A stretch of DNA of 64,000 nucleotides from Methanobacteriota archaeon (lineage in GTDB: Archaea; Halobacteriota; Bog-38; Methanoflorentales; Methanoflorentaceae), in NCBI GenBank assembly GCA_963701995.1, contig OY969693.1, positions 1,793,512 through 1,857,511 of the forward strand, written 5' to 3'. The position numbers and the translations under genes are program-made. Under the pieces are notes generated by a model. It saw only the letters and a list, made by a program, of their open reading frames with translations, was not told where the DNA came from and did not search any database. Shown here piece after piece: positions 9,567 to 18,228 of this stretch (position 1 is its first letter; every line of letters begins with the position of its first letter).

Positions 9567-10286
9567 ATGGGCTCTATTCAAATCGATGGTCGTCAAATCA
9601 ACTATCGCGTAAAAGCGGGAAAGAGTGCGAAATACACTTATCTTAAGTTCACGCCTGATCTTGAGCTCGATGTCGTACTTCCTCACGAATCTGATATAAA
9701 CGTTGAAGCGCTCCTTGAGAAAAAACGGGCGTGGATTGCACGTAAATACGCGGAGCTTTCAAACAGGAAATGCGTTTTTGATGGCACGTCAGTTATGTAC
9801 AAAGGACGTTACTACGACCTCCATGTGGTGCCCCCAGAAAATGGCACGAACGTTGAGGTTCAGAAGGATAAGATCATCATCTCCACGAAAGACGTGGGGG
9901 ATCCATTATCGTCGCTGAAAGAATGGATGACAGCAGCAACTACGGAGCTGTTAACCCGCGAACTGCCGCGTTACGCACACCGTTTCAAAATCACCCTTGG
10001 AGCTGTAGTAGTGAGAAATATTAAGCGCTGGGGGTACTGCTCGAAAACGGGCGCCCTTGTTTTCACGTGGCAGCTGATCGCGTTGCCTGATCGTCTAGCG
10101 GAATACGTGATGCTCCATGAGTTAGCTCATCTATCTGAGTTCAATCATTCGAGGAGGTTTTGGACAAAGTTAGCGTCTATGTGTCCGGACTTTAAGGAGC
10201 GGCAACAAGAGCTTAATCAAGTTTGCACCAGCGCATCAGCGGATTTAGACACATCAGACCTGATAAGCCCTGATAGCGTAATGTAA
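9567..10286 (+). CDS. DUF45/YgjP-like (WLM/SprT-type) zinc metallopeptidase, HExxH
   Basis: HELAHL zincin motif near the C-terminus and 239 aa length. This family is recurrently encoded directly downstream of hsdR. Confidence 0.65.
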   Translation: MGSIQIDGRQINYRVKAGKSAKYTYLKFTPDLELDVVLPHESDINVEALLEKKRAWIARKYAELSNRKCVFDGTSVMYKGRYYDLHVVPPENGTNVEVQKDKIIISTKDVGDPLSSLKEWMTAATTELLTRELPRYAHRFKITLGAVVVRNIKRWGYCSKTGALVFTWQLIALPDRLAEYVMLHELAHLSEFNHSRRFWTKLASMCPDFKERQQELNQVCTSASADLDTSDLISPDSVM

Positions 10287-10792
10287 GAGCACAAGGAAAT
10301 GAGGGGGAGAACTAGTGATTATTCTGTTTCCCCGCCTTGTCAGCATTAACCGATCTTTTGCTATTCATCAAAGAAGGTGGTCAATGTCCTTCATAGCAGC
10401 CTCCTCGCCTCTCTGCCTATGACTGCTCCAGTTTGCGGCTGTATCTCTAAAAACAAAGGATATTGCGACGTAATCTTCCCGACTGCTATGCACTGCTGCT
10501 TCACGAGGTGCTGTAATGCACTGATTTCTGATCGATCAAGCACGAAGGAGCCAATCTTTAGTGACCTTAACCAGAGATGCCGTAGCGACTCAACCGTCGC
10601 CGCGCACGAAAGGCTCGCCCCCACAGATGGAGTTGACAAGAGCGCTAATTCGAGCATCGTTAGAATTTAGCGCATCGTAATAATCTAGGATTGTCTTCAA
10701 AGAGTATCGGTTGTCGGTCAAATCATTCACTTTGTTGGCGACCATTGAGCGTAACAAGTCTTGGCGGAGCTTTTTGCCTTGCTGTTGCTGTT

Positions 10793-13363
10793 TCACATCA
10801 TTGAGACAGTCGTGGATGAGTCGTGGGTCTCCGACAAGTCTTCAGGTTGATCGGCGGCCTCTGAAGAGCTTCCGTTGTTAGCAACTTCGGAGGCGCTTCG
10901 CTCCGCTTCGGATCGTGTTTCCGAAATAGAATGAAGCGCGTTTTGGGCATCTGTTTCAGGTTGGGAAGGAGCTGTGGGTCTGTTCCATTTGTCGGTCGCG
11001 GCTGTTTCGGAACTTCGGTCGGGTGCGATGGAAGGAGATCCAATGGTGGGTATCTCGTATTCCTCCGAAGTACCGAAAGTAGTGTTAGTGTTATGTACAA
11101 TATGCCCGTTAACCCCCCCTAACCTGGAATCTAACCCCTCGCCGCCCTTCTCGCTATTTCGGAAGTCATCTCCGAAACAATCCGAAACAGTCCGAAGTTG
11201 CTGGTCTTCTTCCCAATATACAATCGATTCATAACTTTTGACCAGCGTCCACTCGGCTGGCAATGCGTAATGATTGCGCCCCCACCGATCACCTGTTTCG
11301 GGGTCAACATCGCTCTTTGAATAGAACTTCAATTCGGGTATCTTTTCAAGCATGCCCCTGTTATCGGACTTATACTGGCCGTGAATGAGTTCATAGATGT
11401 AACTGTTGCTCAGCCTGGTCTCATCCATGATCCTCCATAGATCACACGGTGAGTTGTCTCGTATAACCGATGCAACTAGTCTCTCTTTCTCATTCAACTT
11501 CGTTACCTGCTGAACGGCGACGGTCTTAAACAAGCCGAGTGCGTTATCGAAATCCTGCTTAATGGCTATGAGTGCGCCATCTTTATCAGTGCACCGCGCA
11601 GAGTAATTCAGGACGCAATACGCCTTGATGAAGTCGAGGAATATGGGAAAGTTGCGCCTATTTCGCACGTTCGTGAATTTTATGTTGTTAATAAATGGAA
11701 TTGTGACCGCATGACTAGTTTGATTGAGGTGCAAGAAAGCCCCCCTCAACAGTTCGACTTCATCATCCGCATAGAATTCTGAAAGGCCTGATTCAGCAAG
11801 CTTCCGCTGGTGCTGCTCGACCCTCTTGTCCTGGTCAGGCGACTCATCGACGTTCATCTCGACCTGCCGATTAAGGAGCTGAATCGTCGATTTGGTACTC
11901 ACACTGGTGAGCCAAAAAGCAACTCGCGGTGGCAATGACAGCGTTAGAGGGTTGCGCTTCCCGTCTAGCGTGAGATGTTCAGTGGGTGAATCCCAGTTGG
12001 TCATTGCTGCACGGACGGTCTGTTCGACATCGGGAGCCAAATTCACGTCATCACTAAATATCACCATTTTAGGCCGCAACTTGTCATCGTAGAACAGGGC
12101 TTTTGAGCTAAACGACGCAGCCAAGTACATTGTTGTGGGCATCAGATGGAGCACGGTTTTCGTGCTGTGCGTCTTTCCCATTCCGCTCTCCCCGCTCAAC
12201 TTTGGCTGCAAGCCGTTCGTGTTTATAACGGACAGGCTCGCCACTGATAGCATCAGCAATTCAGCCACTGGTTCATCGCCAACGTGGAATTTTTGCACGT
12301 TTCGCCTGAACAGTTCGATGAGCTTGTTGCCCTGGAAGAGGCTTTGAACCTCCTCGCTGCACTCTTCATTCAGCAAAGGCTCAACGGCGGGTCGCGGTGT
12401 TCCCGCAGGATACGTGCAACAGCTCTTCGCAATCATCGTCAGCTCTGAATCGTCGAGAGGAGTCTCGCAATCGTACTCGTTGATTCCCCTAAGAACTAGA
12501 AAGAGGCCGTCGGCTTGAAGTGCGTGAACTTCACGATAGTAAGAACCAACCCTAAAGAGTGTGACGTTTCGGCTTCCTACTGGTATTGGCTTCGTGTAAT
12601 CAAGAGCACCCTTGGTAACTTGGTTATCTAGGGTATGCGTGTCTACCAAGCACGCGGCATCATCGGCGCCTATCGCCTTCTGTACTCCGTGTAATGATAC
12701 GATATACTGCAACGCAGCTTCAGATAGCTTCGTTAACTTAATTGCGTCGCTTGGTGTGTCAGCATCACAAAACTCATAGCGTGCTCCGTCGGGATGAATC
12801 GATCCAGGGCCAACGACATAGCCTCCGGCGCCTTTCACGTCAATATGATCGGCGAGACGGTTGTAACTGTTTCGGATATCAAAACCGCAAGGATCGCAGT
12901 ATAGTTGATATCCTCCTCCAGTTTTCACCAACGTTCCGACTTCAAATGTGCCTAGTTTATCCTGCACCTCTTTGATCTTCGCAGCTATTTCGTCAGGGTT
13001 TATTCCGTCTAAGTCAATAACGAAGAAATGTTTTCCGGTGACAATCCCGTAATTAGATTCAGGATATCTCCGAGCCCATTCGAGGATTACGTCCTCGTCA
13101 GTCGAAGCTTTAGCTTGCCATCCTGTAAAGAGGGGCTCTTTGCTCTTTTGCTTGAGAGGAAAAACCTTGAATCCTTGACTTGCCATAAAGAAAGCGCAGG
13201 ACCAAGTGTGGCTTGCTACAAAATGTCTACGGCCCCTCGCCGGCGACGCATGAGCTTTGTAACCATTGTCGCCAAGTTCAACTGAGTGGATCGCTTCTTC
13301 GGTTTTCTTTAAAAAAGTGTTGCTTTCCTCTAGGGTTTCTTCTCTTTTTCTCGTATGCTGCAA
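10793..13363 (-). CDS. replication protein: bifunctional primase-polymerase (PrimPol) N-domain fused to D5/P4-type SF3-like helicase; disordered acidic/Ser-rich C-terminal tail
   Basis: Prim-Pol motifs FVIDLDG...DVKGAGGYVVGPGSIHPDGARYEF and the Walker A GESGMGKTHSTKT. The tail (…SEAERSASEVANNGSSSEAADQPEDLSE…) is low-complexity. The architecture matches plasmid/provirus Rep proteins such as pRN1 ORF904-like ones. The true start may be internal (MASQGFKVFPL…). Confidence 0.75.
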   Translation of the reverse strand: MQHTRKREETLEESNTFLKKTEEAIHSVELGDNGYKAHASPARGRRHFVASHTWSCAFFMASQGFKVFPLKQKSKEPLFTGWQAKASTDEDVILEWARRYPESNYGIVTGKHFFVIDLDGINPDEIAAKIKEVQDKLGTFEVGTLVKTGGGYQLYCDPCGFDIRNSYNRLADHIDVKGAGGYVVGPGSIHPDGARYEFCDADTPSDAIKLTKLSEAALQYIVSLHGVQKAIGADDAACLVDTHTLDNQVTKGALDYTKPIPVGSRNVTLFRVGSYYREVHALQADGLFLVLRGINEYDCETPLDDSELTMIAKSCCTYPAGTPRPAVEPLLNEECSEEVQSLFQGNKLIELFRRNVQKFHVGDEPVAELLMLSVASLSVINTNGLQPKLSGESGMGKTHSTKTVLHLMPTTMYLAASFSSKALFYDDKLRPKMVIFSDDVNLAPDVEQTVRAAMTNWDSPTEHLTLDGKRNPLTLSLPPRVAFWLTSVSTKSTIQLLNRQVEMNVDESPDQDKRVEQHQRKLAESGLSEFYADDEVELLRGAFLHLNQTSHAVTIPFINNIKFTNVRNRRNFPIFLDFIKAYCVLNYSARCTDKDGALIAIKQDFDNALGLFKTVAVQQVTKLNEKERLVASVIRDNSPCDLWRIMDETRLSNSYIYELIHGQYKSDNRGMLEKIPELKFYSKSDVDPETGDRWGRNHYALPAEWTLVKSYESIVYWEEDQQLRTVSDCFGDDFRNSEKGGEGLDSRLGGVNGHIVHNTNTTFGTSEEYEIPTIGSPSIAPDRSSETAATDKWNRPTAPSQPETDAQNALHSISETRSEAERSASEVANNGSSSEAADQPEDLSETHDSSTTVSMM

Positions 13364-13567
13364 GATCTCACGGCCAGATGATGTATCTGGCTATGCGGGA
13401 ATATGTGAGAACGAAGTCTAATAATAAGAAACGCTTGACGCGTTATAAAGGAAACCGTTGGAATCGACATGCTTTTCTATTCTTTGTAATAAGTATAGCT
13501 CGCACGGCTATTTCTTTTTGACAGCGCAAAAATAGCCTCTTCTTAACGCTACATTGCAAACTAGAAA

Positions 13568-14320
13568 ATGAATTCGGCAATGCTGATTTTAGGCTGCATT
13601 ACGCCTGAGGAAATATCAGTGGCCGCCGATCTGGCCATACTTCTAGTAGCTTTTATTAGCGTGGTTACGTTCTTGTTATGGAGATTACTCAACATACGAA
13701 GCAGCAAGGGGGTTCTCGCACTAGCGATTTCCCCTCCTAGCGTTTCGTCTCCGTTAATCACATTCGGACACAGAGATCCCGCTGCCGCCACACCGGACGT
13801 TGCCAACATTGAGCAACCGATTTTGCCCGTCTTAGTCCTTATACAATATTCTTTGCTAAACGCCGACATTTTTCCAGAAATACTCGGAGATGCTTCTCTG
13901 CAAATCAAACACCTTGCAACTGGCAATAAATATCAGCTGAGTCCCCGAATGACTTCCAAAGCTGATATGCCGACTGAGAAAACCAATCGAGAAACAAGAC
14001 TAGTGGCAACCGCACCTTTTAGAGAACTTTTGCTTAAGCCTCGAACAGATGAGCAAATTTGGTTATTCTTTGTCCCCATTGAGGAACGGGATTTGTCACT
14101 TGGTAACGTAGCCTCTGGCGATTATGAGGCAATATTGAAGCTTAAGAAACGAAAATTTTGGTGGGTTGAAGAGGCTGTGGTCTTGAAGTTCACGGTCGAA
14201 GAAGCATTTGCTGGATTTATGCAGAGCGTCACTATCATACTAAAGATTCCCGAAGCAGGTCTTTCAGTCATTTGCAACAAAAAATGGTGGCAATTTTGGA
14301 AAAGAAAGCTACCGCTTTAG
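13568..14320 (+). CDS. hypothetical protein with N-terminal transmembrane helix
   Basis: 250-aa ORF with a hydrophobic N-terminus (AADLAILLVAFISVVTFLLWRLL). It is the only long ORF in this segment; there is no homology-based support. Confidence 0.3.
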   Translation: MNSAMLILGCITPEEISVAADLAILLVAFISVVTFLLWRLLNIRSSKGVLALAISPPSVSSPLITFGHRDPAAATPDVANIEQPILPVLVLIQYSLLNADIFPEILGDASLQIKHLATGNKYQLSPRMTSKADMPTEKTNRETRLVATAPFRELLLKPRTDEQIWLFFVPIEERDLSLGNVASGDYEAILKLKKRKFWWVEEAVVLKFTVEEAFAGFMQSVTIILKIPEAGLSVICNKKWWQFWKRKLPL

Positions 14321-14478
14321 CAAATGAAGTAAATGTTTCTTTGTTAGTATCTAGCACGTTTTAGCGACGAAGATATTGCGATACTGCGAGATCGAAGCTC
14401 ATGCGGCATCGCTGAAAAGTTCAGCCCGACTTAATCCATTTGCTAAATAGAAGACTTACCCTAGATCAGCCTTTTTGA

Positions 14479-14570
14479 GCAAATAAACGAGCTAAAAGCA
14501 AATAAGCAACGATTGAACGTAAATTTGATTCGCAAAAACAAGCAAGTAACGACAGTTAGCAAAAAATTGA
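14479..14570. repeat. iteron-like A-rich repeats GCAAA(T/A)AA (about 5 copies, 10-34 bp spacing)
   Basis: Copies at ~14479, 14498, 14532, 14542 (partial) and 14559, within a 600-bp ORF-free region of the putative element. Confidence 0.4.
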
Positions 14571-14924
14571 CGAATTTTTGGACATCAACCGTCAAAAAAT
14601 CCGTTTTTTCGTTGCAGCTTCGTTTTGATGATTAGGCAGGCCGCACTGGGACGTGACGGGGATAGGCATATATTTCGTAGAAAACAGTTTTTCATTATGT
14701 ATGTGGGGGGGCGCGTAGCAATTTTTGGGCAGGCCCCTGAACCGCGAGTAATGAAGTTATGCGTCTAATGCTTGTGTCTTGAACTTGGAGCTGTGTCCCA
14801 CCCCAAGTGGTTTTGAGGGTCGTTGTTCGCTTCACGTAAAACTCGCGAATCTTTAGAGCGCGAAGATCCTTGTCCGACAGCAGCTTACAAAGCGGCGTGC
14901 GCTCGACAGCTTAATGTCTCAAAA

Positions 14925-15386
14925 TTAGCCATTACACTTCTCATCTATAGCTGTCTGATCAGCTTCCAATTCCCTCAATTGCCCTTCCAAACGTTCGATT
15001 TCTGAAGTAACATTGGCGAGAGATCTAGAGATAGTAACCATTTTCGCCTTCCTTTGCTTAACGAGTGAATTGACAAAGACGCGGCGTGATTCTCCGGCTA
15101 ATTGCTTTATCTCTTCTTCAACCTCAGTGCATTCTCGGTCAAATTCCGCTAAACGTTGTTTGGCTTGTCGGATAGCATCTGCTGCGTCGTCCAAAGCGCG
15201 ATTAATTATGTCTGCAGCTTCTTCTTCTGAAGTATCTGCGTTCACTTGCAGATTTATGAAGCTTGCTGCTTCATTCACCATTCTCGTGAGTTCTTTTTCT
15301 ACGTTGTAAGATTTGCGCTGCGTTAGATCCGTATAACGTCCAAGCCAGTAGGTCAAACGCTCGTTTTCGTGTGTTGGATCCTTCAT
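14925..15386 (-). CDS. coiled-coil protein (hypothetical)
   Basis: 153 aa, strongly heptad-like and charged (…EEEIKQLAGESRR…IERLEGQLRELEADQTAIDEK). It lies upstream of, and co-oriented with, the AbiJ-like gene. Confidence 0.45.
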   Translation of the reverse strand: MKDPTHENERLTYWLGRYTDLTQRKSYNVEKELTRMVNEAASFINLQVNADTSEEEAADIINRALDDAADAIRQAKQRLAEFDRECTEVEEEIKQLAGESRRVFVNSLVKQRKAKMVTISRSLANVTSEIERLEGQLRELEADQTAIDEKCNG

Positions 15387-15541
15387 TTTCGTTCCTTTGT
15401 TCTGCGAGTTGACCTTTGAGAAGGGCAGTGATTAGTCCAATAGATGCAAGATGTAGCCACAGAGAATTATCAAATGAAAATACGAGTCATCAACGTTTGA
15501 TCTCGGGAGCGATATCTTGGTAGCCTTCCTATGGATTTAAT

Positions 15542-16438
15542 TCATTTTTCAGCGCCATTGGCTAGCACGCCGGCCTTGACTGCTTTTGGGAACAGGTAAT
15601 TCACAAAAGCGGAGCAAGAGACCAACATAAACTGTGCATCTTCTAGGTTTAAGTTTGGTTCATCGAGCAATGCATGGCGTATGCCATTTGCGTCACTGGT
15701 GTACCCATACAAGCTGCTGAAGGCCTGACGCAGGGCGCCATGTAGTTTTATTTTGCCAGCTCGTTCTATTTTGTTCAATGCGTCCCCTAGAGTTGCTTTT
15801 TCTCCTGCAATTTTTACACAGATTGACTCGACAGCACTAATTGACTCTTTGATTGAATTTCGATAGACGAGATCGCCGAGTCTCTCTCGGTCGGACAATA
15901 GTTTTAAGGCGTCTCGCAAATGTATGTGAGCCCCTCTAAGCGCCGGAAGGGTCGTAGTAGTGTTCAAAGCCTCTTCGACTGCGCCACGTTCTTCAGTAGA
16001 TGCAATAGGTGCAATGACTCCTGAGACGAAACGGTAGCCTGAACGCTCTTCTTCTAGGAGCTTGTTGGACTCTTCCATGAAACGAGCACTAATGTCTGCG
16101 TTTGGGTACTCGTTTGCGATGAATTCTATGAAATCGTAGACCTGGAACCATTTGAATTTAGAGAATAAACCCCTCAGCTGGAGACAATACACAGGCCAAA
16201 CGTCGACGATGAGGCTCCACATAGGTTGCTTGAAGAATTCATCCTGCAATCTTCGTGAAAACGATTTCGTAGAGTCTTTATTGTCTTCCTGCGCGGCATC
16301 TTGCCAAAAATACTTGTCTAGAGCGTTCCAAATGCGATTTCGCAAATCATCATCAATATCGTCGATCTGAACAAACGTTTTTACCGGTGTTTGCCCTTGC
16401 CTTTGGGAGAATGGAAGTTTGGGGTCTTCAGGGCTCAT
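15542..16438 (-). CDS. AbiJ-like abortive-infection protein (AbiJ N-terminal domain plus C-terminal HEPN-like domain)
   Basis: The N-terminus PFSQRQGQTPVKTFVQIDDIDDDLRNRIWNALDKYFW resembles, as recalled from memory, the AbiJ_NTD4 family. The C-terminal region carries an Rx4H motif (RGAHIH) as in HEPN RNases. Confidence 0.5.
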   Translation of the reverse strand: MSPEDPKLPFSQRQGQTPVKTFVQIDDIDDDLRNRIWNALDKYFWQDAAQEDNKDSTKSFSRRLQDEFFKQPMWSLIVDVWPVYCLQLRGLFSKFKWFQVYDFIEFIANEYPNADISARFMEESNKLLEEERSGYRFVSGVIAPIASTEERGAVEEALNTTTTLPALRGAHIHLRDALKLLSDRERLGDLVYRNSIKESISAVESICVKIAGEKATLGDALNKIERAGKIKLHGALRQAFSSLYGYTSDANGIRHALLDEPNLNLEDAQFMLVSCSAFVNYLFPKAVKAGVLANGAEK

Positions 16439-16439
16439 T

Positions 16440-16643
16440 TTACTCTCGCATACAAATAACTGAACTAGACTGTTTGTTTTGATGTCGGATAAACTTTTTC
16501 AGGAGGACAGCACAGATGAGAACGTGCCCCCAGGCACTCAGATAAATATCATAAGCGTACTCAGGCAGCGGATGCTTGTAAAACAGCCAATCAATGCCAG
16601 AAACTCCGTGAGTCATAATGTAGTTCTTGTTTGACTGATCCAC
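16440..16643 (-). pseudogene. integrase C-terminal fragment (remnant of a second tyrosine recombinase)
   Basis: The fragment NYIMTHGVSGIDWLFYKHPLPEYAYDIYLSAWG aligns with the C-terminus of the adjacent intact integrase (YVLTHGVSGVDWKHYKHPLPEHVYDIYMKYWG). A shared 17-nt identical DNA stretch (ggcagcggatgcttgta) confirms a diverged duplicate. Confidence 0.6.
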
Positions 16644-16725
16644 TTCCGTAAATGGGTCTGCTGCTCACAAAGTGTTTTGAGATCTGGAAAATGACCCGAC
16701 ATCAAGATCTATTCTAGTGACGCAG

Positions 16726-18018
16726 TTAGATTGTCAAGTCGACATTTCCCCAGTATTTCATGTAGATGTCATACACATGCTCGGGCAGCGGATGCTTGTA
16801 GTGCTTCCAATCAACTCCGCTAACTCCGTGTGTTAAAACATACGCTCGGTTTGACTGATCCCATTGGATAACGTCGCCATGCTGCTCCGCAAATTTTCGC
16901 AAATCTCCAAGCACAAAATGCCCTTCAAAGTGCGACATCGGGATTTTCTGACGCTTCATCCACATTTGGAAGCTATGATATCCAAACGCGCTTTCCTCGT
17001 TCTTACAGTCGCAAAGCACTGCTTGCATAGCTTCGACTACCTGCGAATGAAGGGGCACGTAGTGTTGCATCCGAATCTTATCTTGCGACGGGTCGACGGT
17101 GAGTACAGGTTTTTCGGACTGCAACGCTTCCCGAAACTGTCCGACAGTCAGCTTCGCAATCGTCGATACACTTCGCTGCCCTGTGAGCGCACCGAAAATA
17201 ACGAATGCGTTATACTGAGCTGCCCTTTCGGCGCCAATGTCTCCACGTTCTTCGGCGTGCTTGATGTAACGGAGAACGTTTTCGATATCATCCTTGGTGA
17301 CAATTCGCTCAGTTACGTTTTTGCGTTCTTTGACCGTTTTCGGACGCTCTAAGTAGGGAGAGAAACTCTGGTATCGTGGTTTAGAATGTGTCGTGGCGAG
17401 AAACTTTAGGAACGACGTTGCGAAGCCGAGTACTTTAGAGTGTGAATCGGCTGACTCGTACTTGTTAAGCACGTTTTGTCTGAATTCCTTCAGGCTATGC
17501 GGCGAAACCTCTCCCTTTGTAGACTTCCATAACTCTATTGAAGCTCGCTCTATCCAATCCTGCGATTTTTTAGCGAGCCGTTCTTTCCTGTGAGCTGTAA
17601 AGCCATTAAGGTCAGATTTTGAAAAACTGAGTTGTAGCTCGTCAGATGTGGCCTGTTCGCGAATTTCTTGCGTTTCAGCGGGGTTGTAAATAGGTTTTTC
17701 GTAAGTCTCTAGAATATCTTTAACGGCTTCTATTGTTTCAACGTCAACCGTCCTTATTTTTTGAGCTTTGTGCCACGCGCTTCGCACACTCTCGTCCAAA
17801 TGAGCATAGTCCTCGTCCTCGTCTGCTATCAGCTCTTCTGTGCTAAATTCGAGGCCTTCGTCGAGCGACCCGTCAGGGAGTCTGGTGTGGACGATAATTC
17901 CGCCACCGTAGTCGACGATGACAGTTTCTGGCGGTTCTTTTTCGTTTTCGTCATTTTCAGCAGAAGTTGGCAACTCATGAGAAGTTGGCAACTTTTCTTC
18001 GTCATCATCCGCCACCAT
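16726..18018 (-). CDS. site-specific integrase (tyrosine recombinase family)
   Basis: C-terminal box II-like H..LR.F...HG…AYVLTHG and an upstream …TGQRS… arginine box. It sits immediately adjacent to the tRNA-Val 3' end. The track ORF extends to 18099 by reading through the tRNA, so the start was trimmed to MVADDDEE. Confidence 0.7.
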   Translation of the reverse strand: MVADDDEEKLPTSHELPTSAENDENEKEPPETVIVDYGGGIIVHTRLPDGSLDEGLEFSTEELIADEDEDYAHLDESVRSAWHKAQKIRTVDVETIEAVKDILETYEKPIYNPAETQEIREQATSDELQLSFSKSDLNGFTAHRKERLAKKSQDWIERASIELWKSTKGEVSPHSLKEFRQNVLNKYESADSHSKVLGFATSFLKFLATTHSKPRYQSFSPYLERPKTVKERKNVTERIVTKDDIENVLRYIKHAEERGDIGAERAAQYNAFVIFGALTGQRSVSTIAKLTVGQFREALQSEKPVLTVDPSQDKIRMQHYVPLHSQVVEAMQAVLCDCKNEESAFGYHSFQMWMKRQKIPMSHFEGHFVLGDLRKFAEQHGDVIQWDQSNRAYVLTHGVSGVDWKHYKHPLPEHVYDIYMKYWGNVDLTI

Positions 18019-18046
18019 TTTAGCCTCTAAATCAGAAAAAGAACGA

Positions 18047-18120
18047 TGGGCTCGGCCGGATTTGAACCGGCGACCTCCGCCGTGTGAAGGCGACGTCATA
18101 ACCGCCTAGACCACGAGCCC
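18047..18120 (-). tRNA. tRNA-Val (anticodon CAC)
   Basis: Cloverleaf folded by hand. Acceptor GGGCTCG/CGAGCCC, T-arm GCCGG-TTCAAAT-CCGGC, anticodon stem TCGCC/GGCGG with loop TTCACAC, discriminator A. CCA is not encoded. Confidence 0.8.
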
Positions 18121-18228
18121 TGCTTCTCACGTCCTTTGCAAAACAGATAAGTTTATCGTTCGGCTCATACTCATTTTGTTACAGAAACCGCGAGGAAAGC
18201 CGTTTTCGGGCTCCTCCGACGGCGCATC

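Larger units (their letters stand above)
1470..18120. mobile_element. putative integrated plasmid/provirus-like element (defense island) at tRNA-Val
   Basis: Integrase abuts the tRNA 3' end; the element carries a Rep-type PrimPol-helicase, Type I RM, an AbiJ-like gene and an AT-rich segment, and is flanked by ordinary metabolic genes. The left border is not defined and no att direct repeat was found by eye. Confidence 0.5.

Noticed and set aside
13561-13926. 121-aa minus-strand ORF overlapping the 5' part of ORF 13568-14320
   Set aside because: Only one of the pair can be real. The plus-strand ORF is longer and has a plausible TM helix, while the minus ORF is Ser/Ala-rich with no features. 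Neither is strongly supported.
18019-18099. N-terminal extension of the integrase ORF (MTSPSHGGGRRFKSGRAHRS…)
   Set aside because: This stretch is simply the translation of the tRNA-Val gene on the same strand. The integrase start was moved to the first Met after the tRNA.
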